Shown here piece by piece: positions 24,434 to 36,457 of a stretch of DNA of 64,000 nucleotides. The DNA is from Daphnia carinata (taxonomy: Eukaryota), in NCBI RefSeq assembly GCF_022539665.2, contig NC_081331.1, positions 4,774,001 through 4,838,000 on the forward strand, written 5' to 3'. Under the pieces are notes generated by a model. The model did not search any database. It had not been told where the DNA came from and saw nothing but the letters and a program-made list of their open reading frames with translations. The position numbers and the translations under genes were made by a program. Positions within the stretch are counted from its first letter, which is position 1. Each line of letters starts with the position of its first letter.

Positions 24434-27400
24434 TGGGGTGGAGTCGCTACTCAGCTCGTCCTCTTCTTCACCTGCTTCCACACCTAAAACTTGGGACAAT
24501 AGGAAAAAGAAAAAAAAAAAAAAAAAAAAAACAAAAAAAAAAAAAAAAAAAAAAAACGTCATGAAACATTTTGACATTGCCCAAAATAAAATAAAAAATA
24601 AAAGTGCCGTTGTCGATTTCATTTTCGAGAGGCTCTTGACCGTGTCGTGTGAGAAAGCGCGTCGATATCAAATTGCCCTAGTCGTAGTTTACTACAAGCG
24701 GGGGAGGAAAAATCCCATTTTCGGAGGGGAAAAATAAGACAACCATTTCTATCTCTTTCTCATTCTAGAGGAATATAAATAGATCGTAATAGAAGCACCA
24801 GTCGTATATTTATTTTCAAAAAGATGAGAGAAAGAGAGAGAGAGAGAGAAAGAAACGACACGTTTCTCACGTTGGCCACCGCATCATCGACATTGAAAGA
24901 GGACGGCTACCCGTAAAGACACAAACAGATAAGCAGAAGGGTTCAGACAGGGACGATGATGACGACACAATCGCCGTCATAAAAAAAAAGAAAGAAGGAC
25001 CAACAGTCAAACAACCTGAGGAAATAACGAAGAGTGGTCATCGAAGACATTGACGTCCAAAAAACAAAAATCGAAATGGATAGGAAAAAAAAAAAACAAA
25101 AAACAAAAAACAAAAAAAACATTTATGACGGACGCATTTTCAGTGACGGGCCTATGGCTACGGTTCGAACGTAACTTATATAATTGTTTTCTTGAAATTT
25201 TTTTTTTTTGGGGGGGGGGGTTTAAACTTTGACGACTTTGACATTGCAATTTTCACGGGAAAACGTTAGACAACTTGGTCTAAAACGTCAACGACTTGAT
25301 TCATGTGGCAGATGAGACAAGGAAAAAAAAAAAAAACAGGACCATTTTCCGAGTGGTAAAGGAAACTATTAAGTGTGGCCTTAGCAAGTGAGCGATGCTC
25401 GTAGACGCAAAGAGCTAATACGACAGGTGGTCTGCACGTAGGGCATAAGAGATTCGGGAGTTACACGGAGCCAAAAAAAAAAAAAACCAAAAATTAAAGA
25501 TAAAAAGTATGTCTAAGAAGAAAAACGATACGAATAACAGACGGGGGTTTTCACGGGACTAGTTTAACGCCGAAAAAACATATTAGGTTTTCTATTTTTT
25601 TTTTTTCTAAGAAAATAAGAGAAAATTGAGGAAAAAAAAAGAAAGAATAGAAATTGGGTATATTAAAAAGGAGCGGGCAGTGTGCCAGACTGGTGAACGC
25701 CATGATCTCTTTTCTCTTTAAAACATTTTCAATTTCATTTTCTCCCATTTCTTTTTCCCTTTTGTGTTTTATCGGCTATTTTTGGTTGTGTGTTCACGAC
25801 TTCACGGGGTTCACGTGTTAACGAGATGCCCGCGGTGAGAGAGGCGCTCAGGTTCCCTTTACCATCAACATTTCTCGAAAAACCGAGATCACCTGGGCCG
25901 TTTCCCCCTCCCCATCGGCGGTTTAGCCCTACCCACCTCTTCGATAGGCCTACTGTTACGAAACAAGAATAAAAACCTTGTTTTGCCTTCATCGGCTATC
26001 AACTGTTGTGAACACCCGCCTCCCAGTTTTGAAAAAGAAAATCCCTTTTCTTTTCTCGACCTCTTCATCTATCGTTTATTCTTTATGAAGGACTCGTTAG
26101 CTTCATCTTTTTTCTACCCCCATCGATTTGAAGGTATTGAAGCTGAGGCCTAACGAATTACGTAACATCGTTAAGGGGATAACAAGACCTCACATGACGG
26201 GGTCTTTTCTCTCGATACAAAGCGGTTCGATGCACGGGTCGATTTCAATCTCTCGACATTTTTTTTCGTGTGTTTCATTTTAAAATTGAGTTCAATAAGA
26301 ACATGAAGCCAGCGGCTCGTAGAGACAACTCGAAATTGACACCCTCCACCTCGAGCTGTTTACGCATGATAATATGGGCTATTGCCTGTAGCTGCTGGAT
26401 GTTTGTTTTATCTCTTTACTTTATTTTATTCTATTTTTCAAAAGGAGATTAGCCGATCGAGCGGCCAAGATTTAGATCACGCCATAACGCGGTTATATTA
26501 TTGTAAAGCGAGTGTGGATTTTAACATGGTAGCGTAATGTGCCCCCCCGACGGTCAAAGCTCGTCTCAAATTCGGCAGCGCAAACGGCTATAATCAAAAA
26601 TGCCGATCCGTTTTCTTATTTCTAAAACATAAAAAAAATGTTTCTTTTTCTTTTAAGTCAATAGAGATGATCTTGCGTGTGTCGGCTGTTAACCCACCGC
26701 CGGAAAATTGCCAACAGTCTAAGTACGTAAGCTTGCAATCCGTCGTTCCTTTTTACAGCATCCAATCGCTTCAACGACGACCACACACAAACGCCCGCTT
26801 GGAATAAGAAAGAAATCTCTTCAAATTGGTGCAACAAAAAAAGCGGTAGAGAAAAAATATATATATATATAAATCGACTCAACAAATTTTCAATTGTAAA
26901 AAAAAAAAAATATTGAAAATAAAGAAGGGATGCTACTGCTGGCAACTGGGCTTTAGCCGGCCTTTTCGAACGTTCCTCCTGGGCAAAATAATCCTCAAGA
27001 CACGACGGTCCTATCTCGAAACGATAAGACGATGGTACGGAGACGCGTAAAAGCCTCTCCACCACTTTTTTTTCGACTCTCAATGAAAGACACTCAAAAG
27101 AAAAACGGCGGCCACTTGTTGCATCTAATCCGCGCCTCATTTTCCGCCACTTGATCGAAACAAACTCTAAAAGTAGATTGTGCAAAAGCGTATTTTAAAA
27201 AGAAAATATATAATAGACCCCCCCCCCCCCCCGGTAGTGGTCTAGACTCGCGATTGACAGCACATCGCAAAATCCACCAACGTCCAGTCACATCTTTTTT
27301 TTTATTTTTTTTATTTATCTGTTTCTTTTGACTATGTCAACTCCCTGTTACTTTGTGTCTCTTGGTATTTTGTCTTTCGTTTTATTGACCAAAAATCGAG

Positions 27401-28012
27401 CGCATGTTCAACTAAATTGAAGGCCAAAAAAAAACAAAAAAAAAAAAAACAGGAGGGAAGAGATAAAAAGAGATGGCCCTGTTTCCTACTCGTTTTCATC
27501 GTAGCTGTTTTGACGATGATGCGTTTATGTGAATCCCTTACGTAATAATAACGACAACAACAGCAGCTTCTTTGGAGCGATCGTAACACTTATCTCCCGG
27601 AGCGGCTCGTGCCCCGTCGTTGCATTAACGCGCAACTGTCGAACGCTCCGGTCTGTAATTACACACAGTCAAGAGAGACCATTCTCCCTCAAAAAAAGGC
27701 AAACGAGAAGATTACAAGGCAGGGGGAAAGAAAGAAAAAGAGAAATACGAAAAAAAAAAAAAAAAAAAAAAAGAGATATCCTATCTTGCGCCTTCTAAAA
27801 TAATCATTATCATAATCAATAATCATAACAATAAACAAAGGAGGGAATTAAAAAAGCGGCTTCGTGCTACCTACATCTATCTAATTGAATTAGGGAGAAG
27901 ATTTTTAAGTCTGTAGAGAATGGGATATGCGTTAACGTGTTACTGTCAGATACGGGCATTGAAATCACGACGGTGTCTCACTTGCGGAATGAAACTAAAC
28001 TTGCAAACTCAC

Positions 28013-28130
28013 CAAAATGCGGATGGAATAGCGTCGCCGTGATGAATCACAAAATAAGAACCAAGTGAGGGGAAAAAAATATATCGAAACTCTGCCGGAT
28101 TGTTCACCAACTTAAAACACACTTGCGATT
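28013..28130 (-). other. Candidate non-coding 5'UTR exon 2 of the distal Pax2/5/8 transcript
   Basis: T14-CCAG| acceptor (28132-28131) and TTG|GTGAGT donor (28012). 118 nt with no ATG. Contains a TGA in frame with the 24.4 kb exon, which supports ATG 24433/24424 as the start. Confidence 0.55.
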
Positions 28131-28280
28131 CTGGAAAAAAAAAAAAAATCGGAGTGCGATGATTGAGCAAAGAGGATATCGAACTGTTATCACACGACGT
28201 GTTAGGTGATGACACTTGATTTCCAAACGTGTCCAACGTCGAAGTCCCCAAAAAAAAAAGCAGGCGTCCAAATCACTCAC

Positions 28281-28546
28281 GAATCACGTTGGCCAATCAA
28301 CAACTCAAACTCCTTAAACTTAGATCAAAACTGTTAAAAATGACGATGCGCGCAACACTTTAGCGACGGTCAATTTGATTTGACGTAGCGACGAGTCAAA
28401 CGGAAAGAAGAAGAGCGTCGATTCAGGTGATGATAAAAAGGTGAATGATGATCGTAATGATGGGGGTGGTCGTGGCGAATGGGCCAAAAAAAAAGTGGGG
28501 AGCGTCGCGGTGTGCGTCTGTCCAACGCTCCAGCAGCCATGCAACT
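28281..28546 (-). other. Candidate 5'UTR exon 1 of the distal Pax2/5/8 transcript
   Basis: TTC|GTGAGT donor at 28280 pairs with the 28131 acceptor (150-nt intron). The 5' end is inferred from Inr/DPE spacing. Confidence 0.4.
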
Positions 28547-29110
28547 ACGACCGAAAACTCTGGCGCAGTGCGGAACAACATACAACAACAGTCGCAAGAG
28601 TCGCGGCAAAGAGGTTGGTTCTCTCTCTTCACTCCCCTCACTTTACCTGCAACACCTGCTACGTAGCACACATCCCCTCGGTGGTAGGTGGGTGGGTTGC
28701 TTGTGGGAGGAATAAAAGAAACAAAAAAAAAAGGGCATCACCCGTTTTCTACCTGTTGAAATGTGTCGAGCAAAAGCGGAGTTGCAGCACCAGCGGGAGG
28801 AAAAATGGGAGAAAGTAAAGCAAAGTGGGAGGGAGCTGGTAGTTGCACCACTGTTTTCCCGAACGTTGTGAGGCGCGGGATTTACGGGTAGGGTGGGAAA
28901 ATGGGTGGAGGAACACGAAGAAGGAGAAAAAAAAAAGAGAAAAAAGAACCTGAGGCGATGGGAGGACGGCGCTAAGTCGTTTCGCTATTGGTGGAGACGC
29001 TGAGAACCGTCAAGAAAAAGGAAAAGAAAAGAAAAGAAAAATGAAATAAAATAAAGAACAACTCCTCCGACGCGCAATTACCGCCGGCCCCCGACCGCTA
29101 ATCCTATTGG
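28514..29110 (-). promoter_or_regulatory. Candidate distal core and proximal promoter (Inr-like + DPE, E-box, CCAAT boxes)
   Basis: GTAGTT Inr variant (A+1 at 28546) with AGACG exactly at +28 (28519-28515). GCAGGTG at 28659-28653, CAGGTAG at 28755-28749, and ACCAATAG at about 28990 and 29108. Locally GC-rich. Confidence 0.4.
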
Positions 29111-31175
29111 TCCTCACGAACTTAAGTTTGGGAAAGAAAAAAAAAAAATCAAATAAATTTGAAAATAACAATAACGTAGCCAAACGATAAAAAAAAAAAT
29201 ATAAAAAAATTAAAAAAAAAAAAAAAAAAATTAAAAAAAAATACAAGAAAAGGGAGTCACACACACGCACAGACTATACATATACACGCCGCCTTTCGTA
29301 AAAATTCGTTCAAGCTCACGATTCTTTTGTTTCAGTTTCTCAAAGATCCTAAATTTGGTCGCTCTTTTTACGCGGAAAAGTATCTCTGATAATGCGCCTC
29401 TGTTCAACGGTTTCCCTTTCTCACCTACCATCCCCATTATTTCACGTATTTGCGTCGACATCGTCGTCAAAGAAATTATTTAAAAAAAAAAAAAAAAAAA
29501 AAACCATTCGGATTTGAACGCGCGAATAGTTAGCACGTCCCTTTGTCGACTCAACAAATGGCGGCGCATTCAAATAGTCGCAATTCGGTGGATGGCGGAT
29601 ATTGAAACGATGTTTGCCATCGGCTATACTCGAAATTTGCATAGTCGCAAACGGCTTAAAAATTACGTTCTTAATTGAAATGAAAATGTCAAAAGAATCC
29701 TACCTTATTTAGGTTGAAGTCCGCGTTGCTTTCCTCCATCCTTTTTGTGCGCTGAAGGTGCAGGAAAAAAAAATTGACGAAGTGCCAATCTGCCGGCCAA
29801 ACAAAGTAGAGCAGCCGGATCGTTACCCCAGCAATTGACCTGTTGGATGTGGCTGGCCAGTTCTCCGCACGCGAGAACGTTCTCTTTTCTTTGCACCCCA
29901 TATTTTTTCTTTTTGTCGCCTTTCCTTCTTTTATTATTGGTCATCATTATGAAGACGTAGAGCCATGGCAGCCCGAACGGTTTATTGGGGGGGGGGGGGG
30001 AGGTCGCGTAGTGTTGTTTTCTTTTATATTCGATCTTGGACAGGGATGCTGAACTGAAGAGCAAACACAATTTGATGACAAGTGGGTAGCAGATCAGAAG
30101 TCCACACGGGAAAGGGTTCCGCCGACAAGATCGGCGACCTATTGTAAAAAGAGAAAGACAAAAGAAAAAGAATTTTTTTTTTTTTAGAATAAATACATAA
30201 ATAAACAAACATTTCTCTAACAACGCGACAATGGTCCTCATCTTTTCCACTGAGACGGGCGTCAGTAAATCAGTAACATAAAATCAGTAATTCAGTTAAA
30301 TCAACCAACATCTGATTTAACTTGCTCTTGTCTCTACTTCAGGTTGCAAACCCTAATAATCTATTAAGATTCTATTAGCTTTACACGTGTTTCTTATCGC
30401 ACGGATCAGCTGATCCAACAGCCGGATTTAACCGACCGTCAGACAACGGGTAGAGCAGAAACGTATACTACATCAATGTCCAACAAACGAGATCAAGTTT
30501 CCCATCACAATCGAGTGAATAACTAAAAACTCCCTCAGATTTCCTTCTCGAATTGTGTTTTCGTTTTTTATAAAAAGCTAAACCAACGCATAGATTAACA
30601 CACACGAGTCATTGGCGCGAAACTCGAAAAGCAGAAAAACAAAAACAAAACAAAAAAATGCAACAAGCCAAGAGATCAATGGACGTTTTGGCGATTGTAT
30701 CATAATATTGCGCCATTTTCAATGTCAAGATGCGTTCCCATTTATTGCCGAGACAACGGGAGCCAATAAAAAATAAAATAAGGAAGAAACACGGGACGAC
30801 CTTTTATTGGTGGGCGACCTTTTCGAAAAGATGTGGCAAAACCCGTGCTAGCAAAAAAAAACAAAAAAATAAAGGGTTGAACGATATAACGACGGCAAAG
30901 ATTATCACCGAGCCAAAAAAGAAAAAGTTCCGCAGCTGAAACAAAAAATTTTGGCTATTCACGACCGGAGTGCGGGATCGGGAGCGATTCGGCTTATTAT
31001 TGAACTCTTGTTTTTTTTTTTGTTTTTTTTTGTTCTTTAAACCTTCGTTGCGCGCCCACTTTAAACTTCCCATCAGATATCATCAAATCGTCGCCTTTTT
31101 TTTTCCTTCTTGTTGTTGTTCTTCTTGTTTATTGATTTATTTATTCCTTCCACTTAATGGGGTTGAAGGGCCATA

Positions 31176-31180
<5 letters not shown>

Positions 31181-31236
<56 letters not shown>
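31181..31236. repeat. (GA)n microsatellite, about 28 units
   Basis: Read directly. Confidence 0.92.
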
Positions 31237-31243
<7 letters not shown>

Positions 31244-34238
31244 CAAAAAACTCTAGCGAGTTAGGAGAACTTATTACTGTTGCATTATTGGCGGGTTCTT
31301 CGACTTCAATCGAGTTACGACATCACACAGCACAGCAAACACGTCCGAGCGAGATGTTGCACCATCCAATTCGTTTGCGTACACAGTTGGTAACTTTGAA
31401 AAACAATTCTTTTAAATTGGCGCAAAAAATAAAAAATAAAAGAAAACAAATGGCCGATTGGCGACAGAGGTGATCATCGGCCAAGTTAAAAGGGACCAAC
31501 CATCGCCTCTAGTTCGATCATTTTCTGCGTTGTTATTCGATAAAGAAAGGCACTTGCCTGTAAAAATGAGAGCATTTTTAACGCAGTCCATTCGTCGTGT
31601 GGTAACATTAATAATCATCGTAATAATATTGGACAAGCATTAAATTATTGCAACACAAAACGTTCGCGTGCCACAGCGGCGGCGTACTTATCGATAAGAT
31701 ATTGCAGCACAACTATAAACAGGACACCCACCAAGAATTAACTGCAAAAATAAAGAACTTTTAAATTTTTGTAATACTCGGGAAAAAAAACAAAATACGA
31801 AGCGCTTTCCCTTTTTTTTTTTTTTTTTTTTTTTTGCTTGCATCAATTTCACGTTTTCCATTCGCAAATTTCGAAATCGAGAAAATAGAAAATCGCCAAA
31901 CTTTTGTTTGACTGGCAATCAAAATTGAGCTGTTTGAAAATTGGATGTCCTCAAATTAGATCCATCAAGACAAGTCCCTACTAATAGGAAGATTCGCGTC
32001 AAAATAAAGGACTAAAAACATGAGAGAAAGAAGAGAGAAAACGGGTTGTTTATCGAGCCGCATCAACTCATTAGCTGCGCTCGAGAAAGAGAAAAGGTGC
32101 GCAAACGGGCGTCATCAATGAGTGTAGGGATCTTAACAGCGAGCTTTCACCTAGCCTCTTGTTCAAGAACGAGACAAAAAAGGAAAAATTAGAGAAAAGT
32201 GTAAAACATAAATGGGTTAACTGCTGATTCCATTTGCTAAAACAACTTTTGTTTTTCTTAATAGATGTGGTTAGCAAGCGTTGCTTAGCGCACACAAACA
32301 ATTCAAAAGATACACATCAAATTGAGCTGCTGTAATCAATAAGAGACTCCATACTACTCAACATCAAGACGAATATGAAGAAACAACAAAGAATTTTGTT
32401 TCTCCCACCTGAAACCTGTGGCGTTGAAATCAAGAGGGGGTGGGGTGGGGTGGGGTGGGGGGGGGTGGGAGGTTGATTCGTCCCACGGAGGATTCAAAAA
32501 AAAAGGCACTAATAAATTCCTTGGGGTATGTGCACACGGCCTTCCTTTTGCCCATCTTTCGTACGTGCATGAAAGACCACCTGATTCAACCGCAATGCAA
32601 CCAAATATTCGCAATAAAAATGGGGCCGACCATCTGATGACGTCAGGCAAACCCCCCTGGCCACATCCAACGTAACAACTTGTTGCAATAAGAAGTCCAT
32701 TGAGGGCGGACTGGACATGTCAAAAGCAAAACCAAAAGCTCATTTTTTTTTTTTACCTCTCTTGAAAATAATTAAAAAAAAAAAAAAAACAGAAAATAAA
32801 ATTAGATCGAGGGGTGGCTATTCTTTTTTTTTTCTTTTTTCTATCTCTTATGTTCCTGCATGCGCCCATGTCCGTGTGTGTGTGTGCGCGCGCTAGCATC
32901 CGGCCCGGAAATGTGTTTCCTCTTTTTTTGCCCGTTTCCATGTTGGTGCATTGCATCCCCCTTTTTTTTCTCCCTCTCATCCCACTGTTCCTCTGTCACT
33001 ATCTCTCTCTCTCTTTCTCTGTTCGGTACATCAAAACAACCAAGCGAATGAACAAAAAAAAAAAAAAGTAATAATGTTGCAACTACATCACGATCCGCAA
33101 TTCAAATCGCAGCCGGCAAATGTTTGCCTATACCGATATCCGCCAGTAGATTTCGGATGGACTGCAACTAACTTTTGTGTTCTTGTTTTCTTTTGGGGGT
33201 ACTGTTTACACCCACCACAAGCAACAGGTAAGTATACAATTGGGAAAGAGAGAGAGAGAAGAACGAACGGGATATCAACCAAAATGGAGAAGCGAAAACA
33301 ATTGAAGACGGTGAAAACGGGTGCGACGAGGAAACGCGACAGGTGCGCCAGGTGCATCGGAAAAATAAAAAAAAATAAAAAGAGGAAGACGGGGAAGGAA
33401 ACAACAACGACACGAAGTCGAGAAGAAGCAAACGCACGCACACACACACACACACACAAAAAAAAACAACAAAAATTGAGAAGGAACTCAAAATCACAAC
33501 GGACGTTTCAACTCTCGTTCGCTGCCTTTTGAAAATGGCGCCGTATGAAAGACGAAAGAAAAAAGAGAACTTGTCGATCATTTCCAACTAGAATAAAAAA
33601 TAATAATAATAAAAAAAAAGAACGTGACGACCGAGTCCAAGGTTGCCCCGATTGTTGCGCAACAAGTGGCCACGAAATGCGGAACGCTTGTTCCAATATT
33701 CCACACGACGAGTCATCAGCCCTGCAAGTGGCAACACGTACGGTACACAACTTGCGCAACGCCATCACCTGCTCATCTTGAAAACAAACGCGCTCGTTTC
33801 CAAGACTATCCCTGTCAGTCCAACGTCAACTGAAATGCCCCGCTCGCACGTGTACCTCTTGACGTGTCAATAACGCGCCATTCTTCCCCGTGATTACCCT
33901 CCCAAAAAATAAAAAAAAAAAATAATAAATGTCCTCCTTAAAAAAAAAAAAAAGAAAAATAAGGAAAAAATAAAAACTGTGGGTCGGAAAAGCCTCGTCA
34001 GTTTGCGATGTAACACTGGGGCGACAATTTTCTCTGGCCAGTTCGACTACGATTATCTCCCACGATGACTATCTGCCTTTGTGAAACCGAACCAAAAAAA
34101 ATGCTAATTACGGTTTTAAAAAAGAAAAAAAAAAAGGGGGGGGGGGAGGAGATCTCATCAGTCATCGCGTGCTGGGTGTATATATAACTTGTTCTTTTCG
34201 GCTTATGATACATTTCTAGTGACAGTTCAACGCGGCGA

Positions 34239-34278
<40 letters not shown>

Positions 34279-35575
34279 CCACAGCGCCCCAAAACACGAA
34301 ACAGAAACGGTTCGACCTGCAGTTCGACATCTGACACCTTTTTTTTTTTTTCGATTTTCAAGTTGGCATTTGCCGCCGCATTTTCAAAACAAAAAATCTA
34401 TTCGGGTTTTTTAAGGAATGTTTCGGTTCAAACTCGCCAATCAACGACGTAACTCGCGTTGTGTTTTGGTTTTGTTTTTCTTTGCTTTTTTTTCACACCA
34501 TCCGCATGAGAGGGAAAATATGATCCGCAACGGATGAAGATACCAACAAAAAAGGGAGTCCACATGTTTTACAGTTCCAGGAAAAGAACAGAGAAAAAAA
34601 AAAATAGAAGTGAAATAAAAAGTGAGAAAAGTGCGCTTATTACGATGATGACTGCCACTTGAGAAAGCTGTTGAAACAAGCCAATTGGCGACGGTCATGA
34701 TTTCCCGATATAACATTAGTCACAATTTATTTTGAGCCACGACAAAAGGAAAAATAAAAATAGCTTTCCATTACCAATTTATTTGAATTTTTTTTTCCCC
34801 TCCGTTTTATTTTGGATCGTGTGGCCCTGACAAAAGAGGCCGTTAAGCGCTGCTTGTTTTGTTTTTTTTCCCTTCCACATTTACGATAACATGCTTTTCC
34901 CTTTAACTCTACCTGCCAAAATCTACGACTGCAAAAGGGGAAACGTAAAATCGATTTTATTTTAGATGTTCGGGCTTTAAAAAAAAAAAAAAAAACAAAA
35001 GAAAACAAAGAGGATCTTTTAAAGTCCAAAAATCTTTAACTCGGATATTAGACGACGATTTTCCGTGCGATACCAAAGTGTTTCAATTTTTATTATAACC
35101 TCCGCACGGTAGCAGAATACGCACACCTGCTGCTCCATATTTATATGTTTTTGTTTTTACTGCAAATTGAATATTTTCTTCAAAATGAAAAAAAATAAAT
35201 AAAACAAACAGCCTGTTCGAGTGCACGTATAGCGCGTCATTGAATAAAAGCCCCAAGAGCCTATAGATAACAGGACGATAGGAAGAAGGAAAAAAAAAAA
35301 AAAAAAATTGATAATACAAAGAGAAGAAGAGGCCCAGAGGAAGTAGGGAGCTTATATTCGAATTTGATTCACTTCGTTTTCTTTATTGTATATATATATA
35401 AAAAAATAATAATAATAAATACCATCGTGTGTGTGTGTGTGGGTAGGAAACGACCCCCACACAAACACAAGAGTCGGTTGACGAGATCAACCGTGACGCA
35501 GATATGTAACTATACACACACTGATATAACTCCTGCCGGCGTGCTCAGAGCTCGGCGGGCTCCCAGAGTCGGCTG

Positions 35576-35579
<4 letters not shown>

Positions 35580-35618
<39 letters not shown>
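35580..35618. repeat. Poly-A tract (about 39 A)
   Basis: Read directly; one of the longest of very many A/T homopolymers in the window. Confidence 0.9.
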
Positions 35619-35619
<1 letters not shown>

Positions 35620-36426
35620 AACATCGGAAAAGGACCTGGCAGGAGGGTAGACAGACCACACCCGTTGCACTTCCGGTGACAGAGCTAACGAAAATGTCCA
35701 CATGAATGTACATATCATCACTGCTCTCTTTTCTATCCCTCTCTTCTTTTTTATCTCGTTTCGTTTCTCCGTCTCCCCTCTTTTGACGTGAGCAGCAAAG
35801 GATTCCACACATTTCATCTACCAAAGCATCAAATTGTTTCCCTTTAATACTCATTTATCATCACATTCAACCGAATTAAATATGCAAAACAAGGCAAGGG
35901 GCGACCCTGAAAATGAAGAAAACATCCATCGCGTCAGCTGAAAAAATGTTAAGACTTCAATGGGACCTTCACCAAACAACACGGAGAAGCCAAAACATCA
36001 AGTGGAAAAAAACAAAAAAAAAAACAAAAAAAAAAAATTGAACCTTCCGGAACCCCTTTTTTGACCGCCCCGGGGGCTACTAGTTTGAGTTCTTCTCTAA
36101 AAAAAAAAAAATACATATTCAACATATCTGTGAATGAATGAAATCACAGCGAAAGGGAATAACAATAAAGATCGTCAACCAGTCAACGACAATGGCGCTC
36201 ACATCTTTATACGAAAGAAGACGAGGAACACTCGTCACCACGTCTTTTCACAGCCGAAATTTGAATAGCGTCTCATCTTTCTTCACGATCGGAGCAGCTG
36301 TTGAAGCGTTGACAAATTCAATTTGGAAAGATGATTTCGTAAAAAGAAATAAAATAACATAGGAAAAAAGGGGGCAGAATGAATAAGAAAGGGCAAAGAA
36401 AAGAGTAGCAACACTCGTACAGTTTC

Positions 36427-36457
<31 letters not shown>

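Noticed and set aside
40..24737. Plus-strand ORFs overlapping Pax exons (40-312, 660-956, 1140-1385, 3931-4389, 8221-8565, 10234-10416, 24297-24737)
   Set aside because: Antisense shadows of GC-rich or low-complexity coding exons (poly-V/L/C mirror poly-H/Q/N), with no independent gene structure.
30316..33233. Plus-strand acceptor-like site (30341-30342) and CAG|GTAAGT donor (about 33228) suggesting a divergent lncRNA
   Set aside because: Isolated splice-like signals with no coherent exon chain; expected by chance in 35 kb. Stranded RNA-seq would be needed.
35580..35618. Long poly-A as a retrotransposon or retrocopy tail
   Set aside because: No target-site duplication or element body seen, and similar A/T runs are ubiquitous in the window.
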